The notes under the pieces were generated by a model. It had not been told where the DNA came from and searched no databases. It worked only from the letters and a program-made list of their open reading frames with translations. 64,000 bases of DNA from Xylographa opegraphella (Eukaryota), in assembly GCA_022813865.1 (NCBI GenBank), contig JALDZX010000033.1, forward strand, positions 124,001-188,000. Direction: 5' to 3'. Positions within the stretch are counted from its first letter, which is position 1. The number at the start of each line of letters is the position of its first letter. Positions 28,125 through 44,312 of the stretch are shown here, piece by piece. A program made the position numbers and the translations under genes.

Positions 28125-31100
28125 ATGGCGCTGGTGGCAGAGGAATCCCTAAATCATGTCTTTTCCGATCTCAAGAGCAAAAATAAAGAAACCCGACTCA
28201 GAGCTAGTTATGAGCTTCTCAATCATGTTAACATTGCGCATAGAGGTAATGGCCATACATTTCCAGCTCGGATCAGACTAACAGAGTCCAGATCTTCCGT
28301 CGGACAAATTCTACGACTCTTACATGCGTGTCAACTCACGTGTAGCCCAGCTTGTTGTGACAAGCACCGATCCAGCAGACAAGATTGGCGGTATATTAGC
28401 CATTGAGCAGCTCATAACGTTCGAGGGAGACGATGCAGCACAGAAAACAACGCGATTCTCTGGGTACCTCCGTGCGGCGCTACGAAGTAACGACAATGAG
28501 GTACTCGTGTACGCAGCTCAGGCTCTAGGTCATCTTGCTACACCTGGAGGGGCACTCACAGCGGAGCTGGTAGAAAGTGAGATAAAGTCAGCTCTGGAAT
28601 GGCTTCAGACTGAGCCTAGACAAGAGAGCCGGCGGTTTGCAGCTGTCCTTGTGATTCGAGAATTGGCAAAGAATTCTCCGACGTTACTGTACCCTTTCGT
28701 GCCTCAGGTTCTTGACTGCATATGGTCTGCACTCCGTGATATCAAAGTTCTGATTCGTGAGACTGCTGCAGAAGCAGTCGGGGCATGCTTCGAAATCATA
28801 TCTGCGCGGGATTCTACATCAAGACAGCAATGGTACTATCGTATGTATGCAGGAGCAACGGAAGGGCTGAAAAACAATATTGTCGAGTCGGTCCATGGAT
28901 CTTTGCTCGTAATCAAAGAGCTACTGCGTACTGGTGGTATGTTCATGAATGAACACTATCGCGAAGCATGTGAAATTGTTCTTCATTACAAAGATCATCG
29001 AGACATGAAGATACGTTCCGAGGTTGTCATTATCATCCCAATACTAGCTGGCTATGCACCATCGGAGTTTTCTCAGCTCTATCTGCATAAATTTATGACA
29101 CACCTACAAGGACAGCTGAAAAGGGAAAAGGAACGAAGTTCCGCTTTTATAGCAATCGGCAAGACCGCGAATGCCACCGGAAGTGCGATTGCACCGTATC
29201 TGGACGGTATACTCGTCTCTGTTCGTGATGGCCTTAGCCATAAAGCAAAAAACCGAACGAGAGACGGAGCGGTCTTCGAATGCATCAGCATGCTGTCTAT
29301 TGCTGTTGGGCAGACGCTGACAAAATACATGGAAGCCTTGATGGACCCTATGTTTGCTTGTGGTCTAAGTGATGCATTGACACAGGCTCTTGTGGACATG
29401 GCTCATTACATCCCGCCGGTCAAGTCAATGATTCAAGACAAGTTACTTGATCTCCTGAGTCTTGTGCTTTCTGGACGACCTTTCAAACCCCTCGGCTGTC
29501 CAGAGAACCGTCTGCCGCCTATTCCGGTATTTGCGCGGGAATGGACTACGAATGGTATAGAGCATAGAGATCCGGAAATTGCGTTAGCATTACATACGCT
29601 TGGTAGTTTCGACTTTCGGGGTAAGATATCTTATTTGCGTTAATACCATAAAGTCAAACTAATTATATACGCAGGCCACGTCTTGAATGAGTTTGTGAGA
29701 GACGTTGCCCTACCCTTTGTAACGAATAATAGTGCAGATATTCGCAAAGCCGCAGCTTTGACATGCTGCCAGTTATATATTCAAGATCCTATAATACATC
29801 AAACCAGTTTCCACGCAAAACAAGTCGTGGGTCAGGTGATTTCGAAACTTCTAGGTGTCGGCGTTGGGGATCCCGATCCAGATATCCGTAGAACTGTCCT
29901 GCAGGCATTGGGTGTGCAGTTTGACATACATCTCGCTCATCCGGACAATATACATGCACTTGTGATGGCAATCAACGAGACGGAGTATGAAGTTCGACAA
30001 GCCGCGATGATCATCCTCGGTCGTCTGACTAGTGTCAACCCAGCCTACGTTTTTCCACCACTCCGAAAACTGCTTCTCAACCTCATGAATGGGGTCAGAA
30101 ATTCAAACGACTCAACTCACGAAGAGGAAGGAGCGAAACTTATAAGTTTATGCATATCTAGCGCCCAGCAAATTGTCAGGCCATATGTCGAAACAATAGT
30201 CAAAATTCTTATACCCAAAGCAACAGACTCGAATTCTGTAGTGGCTTCGACGGTCATCAGAGCTATAGGAGATCTATCGACGGTTGGAGGGAAAGATCTA
30301 CTTCCTTACCTTCCGACCATGATGCCAATCATCATCGAATCTCTTCAAGATCTTAGCTCTCCCGTGAAGCGAGATGCTGCTTTACGAGCTTTAGGTCAAT
30401 TGGCCAGCAATTCTGGATATGTTATTAAGCCATATCTTGACCATCCTCACCTACTGGATCTCCTTGTGAACATAATCAAGACAGAACAAACGGGCGCTTT
30501 GCGCAAAGAGACTATCAAGCTGTTAGGCATATTGGGAGCATTAGATCCCTACAAACATCAAGTACGTAAATAGCTCCTAACGATAATGGTAATGCTTATA
30601 GCTTTGTAGCAGATAATCGAGACTTCGTCAGATTCGAGCGTTGGCAACGAGGTCCAATCGGTATCAGACGTTGCTTTGATCATGCAAGGTCTCACACCAT
30701 CGAACGAGGAGTACTATCCAACTGTCGTTATGAACACACTGATGCACAATGTTCTAAAGGACAATTCGCTCTCTCAATACCATTCCGCTGTCATCGAAGC
30801 AATTGTCACCATCTTCAGGACTTTAGGTCTCAAATGTGTGCCGTTCCTCAGCCAGATCGTCCCCACTTTTGTTACGATCATTCGAGTCGCTCCTCAGAAC
30901 CGGCTGGATTTATATTTCAATCAGCTGGCAATCCTAGTATCCATTGTGAAACAGCATATCAGACCATTCAGAAACGACCTTGTAGAACTGATTGAAGAAT
31001 TCTGGGATGTCTCACGTCAAGTTCAACCAACGGTGCTGTCACTGATTGATGCTCTCTCGGGAGCCCTAGAAGCGGAATTTACACCTTCGATTGTGAAAAT

Positions 31101-34100
31101 ACTTCCATTGATGATGAGAGTTCTTGACAATGATCCAACCCCTCAGAAGCGGGCCTCAGAGAAGATATTGCACACAATTCTAGTATTCGGTCCATCAGCC
31201 GAGGAAAGCATGTGGCTCATACTTCCTAAATTGGTCCGAACTTTCCAAATCACTTCGAATCCGGTCACCTTACGAAAGGCGTGCATCGATACTATCGGGA
31301 AGATCTCGCGTCAGGTCAATCTGTCAGACTACACGGGCCTTCTTACACATAGCTTAATCGAGGTGTTCTCGGCGAAAGAACAGGTTCTCAGGACGTCGGC
31401 TCTAGATTGCATTTGCGCCTTGGTGTACCAGATTGGGCATGACTTTGATCCATACGTAGATGCTGTCAAGAAAAGCCTTGCGAGGTCTCATATGCTGAAT
31501 CATGGTCGCTTTGACGATATGGTAACACGTCTGCGCAACGGCGAGTCGCTGCCCCAAGACTTAAGCCCTGATCGATTCTACGGAGCCGCCAGCGACGAAG
31601 CACCAACTTCAGATGTTGGCCAGCGAAAGCTTCCGGTCAACCAGGAACACCTTAAAGTCTCTTGGGAAGCTACTCAAAGATCTACACGAGACGACTGGCT
31701 GGAATGGATGAGACGTTTCAGTGTTGAACTCCTTAAGGAGTCTCCTTCGAATGCATTACGTGCCTGCGCTGTGCTTGCAAGTGTGTATCAGCCATTGGCA
31801 AAGGATCTTTTCAATGCTGCCTTTGTGTCATGCTGGACAGAGCTCTATGATCAATACCAAGAAGAGCTTGTCCGATCGCTAGAACTAGCTCTAATATCAC
31901 CACATATCCCTCCAGAAATTCTGCAGGTACTACTCAACCTTGCGGAGTTTATGGAACATGATGACAAACCATTACCGATCGATATTGGTACACTCGGCGT
32001 CTATGCCGGTAAATGTCATGCATACGCAAAGGCATTGCATTATAAAGAACTGGAGTTTGAGGAAGAAAAAACGCCTAGCGTTGTGGAGGCGCTTATAAGC
32101 ATTAACAATCAATTGCAGCAGACGGATGCAGCAGTAGGCATTCTGCGTAACGCGCAGAAATATCGCGATTTTGAGCTCAAGGAGACGTGGTTCGAAAAGC
32201 TTGGTCGCTGGGACGAGGCCTTACAAGCATACCAGACTAGGGAGCGGGAAGATCCGAATGCTTTCGATATCACCATGGGCAAGATGCGGTGCCTTCATGC
32301 CCTCGGAGAGTGGGATCTTTTGTCCAATCTTGCACAAGAGAAGTGGAGCCTAGCTTCGATAGATCATAAAAGGCACATCGCGCCTCTTGCAGCGGCAGCA
32401 GCATGGGGCCTTGGTCAGTGGGAGCTCATGGACAATTACCTCGAAGCGATGAAACTTCAGTCCACTGATCGCTCTTTCTTTGGCGCGATATTAGCCCTAC
32501 ATCAGAATCAGTTTCCAGACGCGTTGGACCACATTGAACGTGCTAGAGAAGGACTTGATACAGAACTGAGCGCCCTCTTGGGAGAGTCTTATACACGTGC
32601 TTATAGTGTTGTCGTTCGTGTGCAGATGTTGGCTGAACTCGAAGAAATAATAACATATAAGAAATCTGGTAACAACCCTGTCAAGCAAGCTACCATGAGG
32701 GAGACCTGGACTACACGATTGAAGGGTTGCGAACGCAACGTAGAGACTTGGCAACGAATGCTCAAGGTTCGAGCACTCGTACTCACACCTACCGAGAATA
32801 TTGACATGTGGATAAAGTTTGCCAATCTTTGTCGCAAGCAAGGACGTATTGGCTTAGCAGAGAAATCTCTCCGCTCACTACAGAATGGTCAGGAAGATTT
32901 GGACATTGACCCCTTGACAGCTACTTCAGCAATTCCGGAGGTTACGTATGCGCAACTCAAGTACGCTTGGACAACGGGAAGAAATGAGGCTGCCCTTGTG
33001 AATTTGCAAGCATTCACAAACAACCTCTCAGAACAGCTGGCCTCGAAAGTTGCAGCAGCCGTTCCTACAGACAGAAAGAACCAGCAAAGTGTCTTAAATG
33101 CCAACTACGACCCGAATGCCAACAAGTTGAGGTCATCGGATATCGATAGCACCAAGAGGTTGTTAGCAAAGTGCTACCTGAAGCTCGGTGAATGGCAAAC
33201 CTGGATGAAGCACGGAGACTGGGCTTCCGACCATGTCCATGAAATCCTAGCGAACTATTTAGCCGCTACCCAGTATAATCCCAATGCATACAAAGCCTGG
33301 CATGCCTGGGCTCTGGCCAATTTCGAGGTTGTATCTGCGATCACATCTCAACCTGATCGTGATGCAAGCACTTTGCCACAGGCAGCTATAGTTGACCATG
33401 TTGTTCCTGCGATCCAAGGCTTTTTTGAGTCTATCGATCGTTCAAACTCGAGCTCTCTTCAAGATACACTACGCCTTCTGACACTTTGGTTCAACCATGG
33501 AGCAGATGCTGAGGTTAATCGCACAATGGTCGAAGGCTTTACCCGAATCAACATCGATACATGGCTGGAAGTCATACCCCAGCTCATTGCACGCATTAAC
33601 CAGTCCAATCCCAAAATCCGCAGTACGATTCATCGACTGTTGGATGACGTTGGAAAAGCACATCCTCAGGCTCTCGTGTACCCTTTGACTGTGGCGATGA
33701 AGTCGAACGTTACCCGTCGCTCTCAATCAGCGGCCATAATCATGCAATCGTTGAGCAAGCATAGTCCAAAGTTAGTGGAGCAAGCTGAACTGGTCAGTCG
33801 CGAACTTATCCGTGTGGCTGTTTTATGGCATGAATTGTGGTACGAAGGTTTGGAGGAGGCTTCTCGCCTGTAAGTAGTCAGTGTTGCTGCAGATCACTGA
33901 TGCCCCCTGGTAAATATTACTTCGCATGTACTGACATGAGCCACAGCTATTTCGGTGACCACAATATCGAAGGAATGTTCGCTACCTTGGCGCCTCTTCA
34001 TATTTTACTGGAGGAAGTGAGTAGTTGAATTTGTGTCTCGTCACTAAAGACTAACAGAAATAGGGCCCTCAAACACTGCGTGAAATCTCTTTCACCCAGG

Positions 34101-35527
34101 CCTTTGGTCGTGACTTGGAGGAGGCAAAACAGTGGTGTGATACCTATCATCGCAGTCACGAAGTCGGCGACCTGAACCAAGCTTGGGACCTATACTATTC
34201 AGTGTTTCGGAGGATTAGTAGACAGCTCCCTCAACTCATGACTCTCGACTTAACATATATCTCTCCTGCTTTGAAGGATGCACGGGATCTTGAATTGGCG
34301 GTTCCGGGCACATATCAGAGTGGGAAGCCGGTCGTGCGCATTTCTCGATTCGATCAAGTCTTTACAGTGATACCATCAAAGCAGCGTCCTCGCAAAATGA
34401 CTCTAAAGGGTAGCGATGGGCAACCGTATACCTATGTATGCAAAGGACATGAGGATATCCGCCAAGACGAGCGTGTGATGCAGCTGTTTGGATTGGTCAA
34501 TACACTACTAAACAATGATACGGAGAGCTTCAAAAGGCACCTCAACATTCAGAGCTTCCCGGCCATCCCGCTGTCGCAGAGCTCAGGCTTGCTTGGATGG
34601 GTACCAAACAGTGATACTCTGCACAATCTCATCAAGGACTACCGAGAGAACCGCCGGATATTACTTAACATTGAACACCGGATCATGTTACAAATGGCAC
34701 CGGACTATGATAATCTTACCTTGATGCAGAAGGTTGAGGTCTTCAGCTACGCCATGGACAATACCACGGGGAAAGACCTCTATCGCGTGCTCTGGCTCAA
34801 GAGCAAGAGTTCCGAATCCTGGCTTGAGCGGCGCACCAACTATACTCGATCATTGGCAGTGATGTCCATGGTCGGGTACATCCTCGGTCTTGGTGATCGG
34901 CATCCATCAAATCTAATGCTCGATCGCATCACTGGCAAGATCATCCATATCGATTTCGGTGACTGCTTCGAGGTCGCTATGCATCGCGAGAAATATCCCG
35001 AGCGTGTCCCGTTCCGTCTCACGCGCATGTTGACCTTCGCGATGGAAGTCAGCAACATCGACGGCAGCTACAAGCTGTCCTGCGAGGCCGTCATGCGCGT
35101 GATTCGCGACAACAAAGAATCGCTGATGGCTGTCCTCGAGGCCTTCATCCACGATCCTCTTCTCAACTGGCGTCTCGGGAACCGCGAATCACCACCGGAG
35201 CCATCGTTCACGTCGGAACGTCGCCAGTCCCTGATGGGTGAGCTGGAAACCACGCAGACGAACGTGCGCACGGGCGGGGGCTCGTACCGCGCCCGGAACC
35301 GCACCTCCGCCCTCGAAGCCAACAGCGGCGCGCAGGACGAGAACCGCGACAGCCAAGACGCGCAAGCCGTCAAGGTCCTCGCGCGCGTCAAGGAGAAGCT
35401 CACCGGCCGCGACTTCAAGCCCGATCAGGAGCTCGACGTCGAGGACCAGGTCGCCAAACTCATCGGCCAGGCGACGAGCGTGGAGAACTTGTGTCAGCAT
35501 TACATCGGGTGGTGCAGTTTCTGGTGA
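28125..35527 (+). CDS. TOR: TOR serine/threonine kinase (HEAT, FAT, FRB, PI3K-like kinase, FATC)
   Basis: [24 protein letters not shown], kinase GLGDRHPSN / [24 protein letters not shown]. Introns 28246-28291, 29621-29674, 30562-30609, 33870-33946, 34017-34063. Confidence 0.98.
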
Positions 35528-36061
35528 TCGCGAAAGCGGATGCATATAAGGAACGGATAGGGTCAGATTACAATCAGGCCGGGGGCATTTGTAAGAGGAG
35601 GGGAATAGGGGGTGCGATCGGCTGCTGCTTTTACGCGAGGCGTTTTCTCGGCAGGCGTGCTTTTTTATGACCGGAGATACCCTGATGGCGCTGTAGCTGG
35701 ACTCTGCTTGATTTGCTGTCTTGGGGGACGTAGTAATGTAGTAATGTAATGTTCATGGTGGTCGAAAGGTCCTTGCCCAGTGCGATTTTGCATTAACCCT
35801 ATCACGGGAAAGATTCCTCGGAGCGTCAGATAGGATAGTGGAACGGGTGCTTATAGATTTCCGAGACAGCTAATGTACGGTCAACCTTTTTCAGTCGGTG
35901 ACATCTCGACAATGCATCAAATCCGACATCTAGCCTCCGACGCAAAAAAAATCTAACAACAGTCTAGATGAGGTATGCAAGAACCACTTTTTCACGGCCC
36001 AAGACATCAAAACTCGGATAACGCCTTCTAGATGTGAAAACGCTCAAAGCATGGCAGCGTT

Positions 36062-37409
<1,348 letters not shown>

Positions 37410-38125
37410 GTTGGGTGATGTGAAGTCTGAAGAAAGAAGAATTTCGGAACTGTGAACTGCAGATGCGTTCTCGGCGGGGCGGTCTGGTAGTGTACCGTGA
37501 AAAGTTGCAGGGGATGATACAACCCTAAGAGAATTTATTTGCGGGGAAGGATTACGTGAACGGACTAAGCTGAGTAGGGAATGCTTGATACAACTACTGG
37601 ATAGACAAATTATACCGCTTATTGTTGATCTCACTCGGGTCTACTGACTTTATCATGTAACACTTGTCGAGTTGTCATTCATTGTTCGTAGTCACCGCGG
37701 CGCAGTCATCGCTCAAAATCCTTCCTGACCACCGCCCAAATGTAGTTAGCGCACTACTCTAGCCGAGTCCCGAGCCCAGGCCACCACTATCTCCCAACTC
37801 AGTCTAGCGTTCCCGGAATGGTCTATCTTTATCCCGTGCTTCCGTAACAACGCATCATCTTTCGTCTTGGCCTTCTCGAAGATCGCAATGGTGAAACCGG
37901 AACCCCCTGTCTGAGACAGGCGGCGCAGTAATTTCACTTCATGCGATGCGCCATAGCTCTATCGATTTGGCTGTATTCGCGTCCATGCCTGAGCGCTTGC
38001 ACATATAGCTCGCCCCGTTCCTGAAGCCGTTGCTGAAGATTCTGACACCGCTCGACCCTCAGATTGAATGTTGTCCGAGTCCGCCAAATCACCAACGTCT
38101 CCCCCAAACCACAACTTCAAGAAAC

Positions 38126-39088
38126 ATGTTTGCGTCCGGAAAGAGAAGTCGGGAGGAGAATGAAGTCGAGCTTGATCAAATGCGGATGGATCGTAAGGTG
38201 GGCTTGCTCTCTCTGCTGTTCGATCTCATCATGCTAATGTGGAACCAGAAACCTCGAACGTTGCCCTTCCGAACCTCGCCCACGACCAAGCATACTTCAC
38301 TCTTCTCGCAATGCCGCCAACTTCCTCGAGCGCCTGTCCTTACACCAGCCGAGTCGTCCGAAGATGAGTCCGATGATGGTGCTATGAGCAACCGTGGCCC
38401 GAAGCTTCCGTCTCATCTTCTGGCAGCATCTCTCATGCACATGGAGGACTCTGATCTGGACATGGAAGACTCTCAACCACTCGGCTCTCCCCTCTGGTCG
38501 TCGAAGCTACCATCGTCCCCAATGAACTCCCCACTGTATCGAGACTCCACATCTCTGCCTGTCAAGGCTGTAGCACGGGTACAACAACTTTTGGTATCCA
38601 ACACCCGAATCCCCACACCCATATACGGTCACTTCCAATTATCCCCGCAAGACGTCTCGATGGACACGCCCACAAGTCCCGCTCACCCAGAACCTGCTTC
38701 GAAGCTCGGCACTCTCCGCGAGACCCAACACGACCTCTTCGTGCGCCGGCGCCGACTCCCAAGCCCCATCTCCGAAGACGAGAACATGGAGTCACCCACC
38801 GCGGTGACGGGGGGCATGCTCCGCAAGCTCGACATGACCGCCCACCACGAACCGGTCTACCCTCCCGACATCGACATGATGACGCCCGTGACCCCGAGCA
38901 CGACCAACCTCGGCTACAGCGAATGGCGGGACAAGCGCCGCGGCGCGTTCGACGGGCGCAGCGCCGGCCACCGGGCGGAGCAGCCCAGCACGCCGGGCAA
39001 GGTCGTGCTCTCCATGGGCTTCAAGGCCGACTGCGAGAAGTGCAGGAGCCGCGTGCCGGGGCACTACAGCCATCTGTCGCGGGTTTAG
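38126..39088 (+). CDS. Hypothetical protein with C-terminal CxxC-x6-HxxH motif
   Basis: LPFRTSP, RIPTPIYGHF, RLPSPISEDE and terminal MGFKADCEKCRSRVPGHYSH. In-frame 51-nt intron 38198-38248. Confidence 0.8.
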   Translation: MFASGKRSREENEVELDQMRMDRKVGLLSLLFDLIMLMWNQKPRTLPFRTSPTTKHTSLFSQCRQLPRAPVLTPAESSEDESDDGAMSNRGPKLPSHLLAASLMHMEDSDLDMEDSQPLGSPLWSSKLPSSPMNSPLYRDSTSLPVKAVARVQQLLVSNTRIPTPIYGHFQLSPQDVSMDTPTSPAHPEPASKLGTLRETQHDLFVRRRRLPSPISEDENMESPTAVTGGMLRKLDMTAHHEPVYPPDIDMMTPVTPSTTNLGYSEWRDKRRGAFDGRSAGHRAEQPSTPGKVVLSMGFKADCEKCRSRVPGHYSHLSRV

Positions 39089-41067
39089 TGGAGATTGCGG
39101 TTCGGCTTCCGGGCATGGTGGTGGCGGGCTTCAGTGATTGACGCATTTAAGCGACGTTGCTTTGTTTCTCTTCTTCTTCGTCTGATCGGTCGCACGTGGG
39201 CGAGGCGCTTCTTATTTCTATCGCTGGTGGCGGCGCTCACGGGGGGCGGCAGCTGGTTTCGCTACGACGTGACGTGGGACATGGCGCTTTGGAAGCCTCG
39301 CTGTGTTTTTACTACGTCGTCTACTCGTCATTCGCTCTCACGCGACAATCGATTGTTCCTACGTCCATCTAGCTTTTTGAACTCCCGCGTGACAAACAGA
39401 TAGTGCACGTGACCGATCTCATCCCGCAACGCGGAGGACGTAGCGAGCAACCCATCAGCACCTTGATCCTCCATCTCCGCTCCCATAAAGGCCACTCCAC
39501 GACACCCGCACGTCAGACGCCGGCCCCCGGTCCCGGCCATGCATTGTTTCGGGCGGCAGGCGGTCGGCAGCTGCAGCCGCGGTGGCGGGATAGGTGCGCT
39601 TGCAGTGGCAGGAGCCGGCTCCCGGACGGCCACGTCGGGGTCTCGGTCGGTGGTCATACTTGGGCCTGAGACAGGTGGCTGGTAGGTGCACGGGGCTATT
39701 GCGGAGATGGGCCGGTGGGGAGGGGAGGGGGATGGTGGAGATACAGGAGGTGGGAATCGGGAGGTGGGAGGTGGGGACGGTTAGGTATTGCTGTGCTTTC
39801 TGGGCAGTGACAGAATGGGTGGAGTGGTAGAGCTTGGGCAGGCACAATACTGGGTGGGTTTGGAACAGGCTGGTGGTGGTGGAGGGGTGGTCAGAAGGCT
39901 GGTCAGATGCAAGGTATCAAATCTTTTCGTTAGGGAAGCCGCATCAACGGTGATGGATCTACGCTTGATTCGAAGTAGTATCACGAGCTCATTCTCAACA
40001 TCGATTGTGCACCAGAGCGCTCGAGATGAAGTGGAAACACGGTACAGGCGGCCTGGAAGGGGTGGCGATTTCTCGATCTTTTGCACCCAGAGCGATCGTG
40101 AGAAAGCGGCCAAGGAGAAATATGTCGCCATGTCCAATCATGGAGCCGGTTGGCAGCTTTTTTGGCAGCGGGTACGCGCATTAGCGGGGATTTTGCCATC
40201 TGCACGGAAGCGTTCAGCCGATGATCGTGCCGAGGCCCTGGCCTGGAGTCAAGTAAGGTAGGTCAGGTAAGTATAGATAAGATTGGCAATGGTGGGTACG
40301 GATCTCCTAACAGTAAGTAGATGAATTGTCCGCGTCCTCAATGCTCCCGATAACAGTTTTGTTGATGCATGATTATCGATGTGAGTCTGCAGGACCACCC
40401 TGGAGGGCTTTCCCTGGGATTTGGGGGTCTATAAATACACATCGTATTCGAGAGAGGTCGCCTTCCGCCAACGATGGGATGTCTGGCCGGCTGGAGTACC
40501 TACTCAGGTGAGGTACTTGGAATTTCGTCCCGTTATGAATATCCCGATATCGGGATGGGCATGCACGGCAAAGCAGCAAGTTGGAGGGGTGGAGAGGGGC
40601 ATGGAAACATGGAGAAATGCACATTTCGCTTCTTGACGGTCTCCGCCGCTCCATAAGAAGGTGGCGCTAAGCTGGAGAGGGTTAGGGCACAGATCTGGTG
40701 TGCATCTTTTGCCGGTCTGGTCTCTACCAAGGGCACTACTACTGTAAAGTGGTATCAATCAACGCCGATTTCCCGTAGAGATCTCTGATAGTCACGCCAG
40801 CCCCCCATCCCCCACCAAGCACTGATCCCGGCATGAATTCGCCATGCCACCCTGCTCACTCCTCACTGCCTTACTCTTCTCCTCTTCCTTCTTATCCTTC
40901 TTCCTCTCCCTCTTCCACACCAACAGCTATCGTCGACCGCCGCTTCTCACCTCGGCCTCGTCGCCTTTTCTTGTTGGCTTTGTCGCATAAACCACACAGC
41001 TGATTGCTTTGTCACTTGAAAGTACAAGCCAGCTGTGACTGTAAGAATCAAGAGTGGTCCCGGGGAA

Positions 41068-42792
41068 ATGGTATTGACACTTCAGCGAAGAAACAAAAAC
41101 ACCAACCACGGCTTTCCGACCACCCAGCTCTTCGTCCTTGGTGAGCACAGTCGTCCGTTGCCACTTTCGTCTGGATGCTGACTTCGTCGTCCGCAGCAAT
41201 ATGTCGAGTCGCCGAACCCATCGCGCTCACCTCCATCTTTCCCTATGCCTGGGCCATGGTCCGTGGCTTCTTGGGCGACCAAAGTAACGCCTCCTTCTAT
41301 GCCGGGATCTTGATCTCCTCTTTCGCCCTTTCTGAAGCTCTGACTGGCATGTTCTGGGGCTCGTTATCTGATCGGGTAGGACGAAAGCCGGTTTTGTTGC
41401 TTGGGTGCGCTGGAACAATGCTATCCATGCTCTTGATGGGCTTTGCCACCAACTTCTGGATGGCGCTCTTTGGTAGAGCCTTGGGTGGGCTACTGAATGG
41501 AAACATTGGGGTCATTCAAACCGTGGTGGGGGAGCTGGTGCGCGATCAACCGCAATATGAACGTGAGTGACCAAACCCGAATTTGTCCGCACCGGTCAAC
41601 AGACTAACACTCACCCACAGCGAGAGCATTTGCAGTCATGCCGTTCGTTTGGTCGATTGGTACGATTCTAGGCCCCTGCGCAGGCGGCTTTTTGTCCAAT
41701 CCCCACGAGACGTATCCAGCTCTCTTCTCTGAAAGCGGAATCTTTGCGCAATTCCCATATCTACTTCCTAATCTTGTTTGCGCCGCCTTGCTGTTGATGA
41801 GCATAATAGTTGGTCTATTCATGCTTGAGGAAACCCATCCAGACTTGCAACCATGGAGCACCAAGGCAGATTTTGAAAACTCGGTGGCCGATACTCCCCT
41901 GATGGCTACCGTGGGCTCAATCGCCAATGCGGGAGCCGATCTCAGAGCTGAAAGCTACGGCACGTTCAATCGGGTCGATATTCAGGAGAGTGAGACCTGG
42001 GTTGTCAATGCTGACGGATCTCTCCAGCCTTCCGCAATGCCTCTGTCTTCGGAGAGTATAATGACCCGACAGATCGTTATGCTGGTTGCGGCTCTCGGAA
42101 TTTTTACCTACCACACAATGGCCTACGATCATCTCCTCCCGATCTTCCTTGAAGACAAGCAAGTTAGCGATGTCTCGGCCCTGCGTGGCAACATCCACGA
42201 TATGTCAGGCGGCCTTGGAATGACCACTCAGCAAGTCGGCATGATCATGGCTGTCAACGGCGTCATCGCCCTCTTTATCCAAGCCGTCGTCTTTCCCTTG
42301 TTTGCAGAGTGGCTGGGGGTGTGGAAACTCTTTCTTGCCGTCACCATTCTGCACCCGATTGCATACTTTATCGTTCCTTTCATCGCCTTACTGCCTACCA
42401 ACCTCATATACCCTGGCATATACGTTGCCCTCACAATGCGGAACTTCCCCTACATTCTCGCTTATCCTCTGATCCTGATCTTGATCAAGGAAGCATGCCC
42501 GAAGCCATCTGTTTTGGGGAAAATCAACGGACTTGCGGCATCCGCAGGAGCGGCTTGCCGCACCCTCGCGCCTCCGGTTGCCGGTCTTCTGTACGGCTTG
42601 GGTGGCCAGATCGGCTTCACGGGGATCGCTTGGTGGGGCAGTGGTCTCGTCGCTGTCGTGGGAGCGTTTCAACTCTTCTATATCAAGCGGGATCGGAGCA
42701 AGAAATCTACAGTCCGAGTTCCGTGCGCCGCCCCTGTGGAAACTGGACTGGAAGATAAAGATGTCATCCGGATTATCGTTTCCGAGGTCTAA
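41068..42792 (+). CDS. MFS transporter (ZIFL/YCR023C-like drug:H+ antiporter family)
   Basis: FPTTQLFVLAICRVAEPIALTSIFPY, WGSLSDRVGRKPVLL (MFS motif A), LNGNIGV, EPRAF. Introns 41141-41196 and 41563-41620. Confidence 0.9.
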
Positions 42793-44312
42793 ACCCAAGC
42801 CTGGCTGCTCAATTTTCGGTATACTTTTGCGGTGTCTGTCCAGGAAGCATTGGGCTATGAATGGTCTTAGCGATTTAGCACGGCGTCGCAGGTTGACGGC
42901 GTTTATATATAGCGAGGCGCCTTTGGGTATACATGCCATATACGGGAGTCATGCTTATAGAGCTGATATCGGGACCAAGGAGTTATGCATCAGCTAGTGG
43001 TAGATATATAAATAAAGGTTGTCGAGTCAAGAGCGACCTACAAACAAGTGACGATCATTAATCAGCATAAACATGCGCCTTGCTTTGCCCTGCTAGAAAA
43101 ACCATCGCAAGGCAGTCCGCACGCTTGAAAGCCCACGGAAACAGCCACCGGCACCTCACTGACCAAGCGGCCCTCCAAAATTGAGCCGCCGACTATACCC
43201 ACGCATGCAAAATCCCTTATAGTACCTTAACGAACATTTCAAATCGAATATCTCGCGAACTTCGCAAATCGCGCTTCTCCTTTATCTGCCGCGAGATCCC
43301 ATGGTAAATAGACTACCGCATCCCCTGCCCACCTACTACGACGTCCCGTCGGTTTATGATTCCGTTTGGGTTTTAGGGGATGGTGGAGTTTATATAAGGT
43401 AGGTAGGTACTTTACTATTACCGTGAGCCATACGTAAACGACACCGGGGGTGGCGGGGGGGGATGAGGGCGGTCGAGGTGGGGAGGAGGGCTTGTATACT
43501 ACCTACCAAGGTAGTTTGGAATCCTCTCCGGGGTCCTCGTACTTCGTACGCGCGAGGGGCAAAAGGGGGGGAGGTGGGCATGGCGTCCGGTACCTTAAAT
43601 AGCATGGGCGAAGCAGAGATGTAGACTCCACCCTACCGCTACCAGTCACGATATCAGATCTTCCACGCAAACTCATCACGGCCACAACACAAAAGTCCAC
43701 CGCACCACGAACCACCCAGCCACGTCACGAAAGCACGCACACTGTACACATGAACAAAGCCTCTCTCGCGCCTCAAGGCCAAGTCTTCATGTTTCCATTT
43801 TCCAACTATCGTCCACGGGAAGCTTATCTTTATCTTATCGCCCCCGAGCCCGGAAAATACCCATGTGTTCTTACCCCCCCGCGTCGTCCTGACCAGTCCC
43901 GCTGGCACTCCCGTCCGGGTCATCGTTTTCCTGGAGACAACATGGTGGTGGTACAAAAAAGGAAGCCATTCGCATTCGACCGCAAAGTCAAAGCGGGACA
44001 AATGCAATATTACCGTTCGTGATGGGTACGCGCCAGCGAAGGGAAAAAATAAGGGGGGAAAGGAGCCTCGCCAGAGAAAAGGAAATTTATGTACGGCCCC
44101 GCTCGAGAAAAGAAGGTCTCGAGGCTGGGCGGATTGCTGTGCTGGTGGGCGAGCATGGTTGTTGCTCCTTCGTGTCGAGACGAGTATAACGAGTGACTCC
44201 AGCGCTTTGAATGTTCTCCGTACTCGGAGCTCCAGACTGAAGATGAAATGAACTCCGATCGTTGCGTGTTCTTTGTTCGATGCCCCCCGTCATACATAAC
44301 CCGATTGATGCT

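Noticed and set aside
33800..34220. TOR as a rapamycin-resistant or self-resistance copy
   Set aside because: FRB residues equivalent to mTOR S2035 (EEASRLYF), W2101 and F2108 (AWDLYYSVF) are intact, so it looks like the ordinary TOR.
39328..40760. Overlapping 60-157 aa ORFs on both strands
   Set aside because: No coherent splice model or recognisable motif. GC-rich intergenic or promoter sequence.
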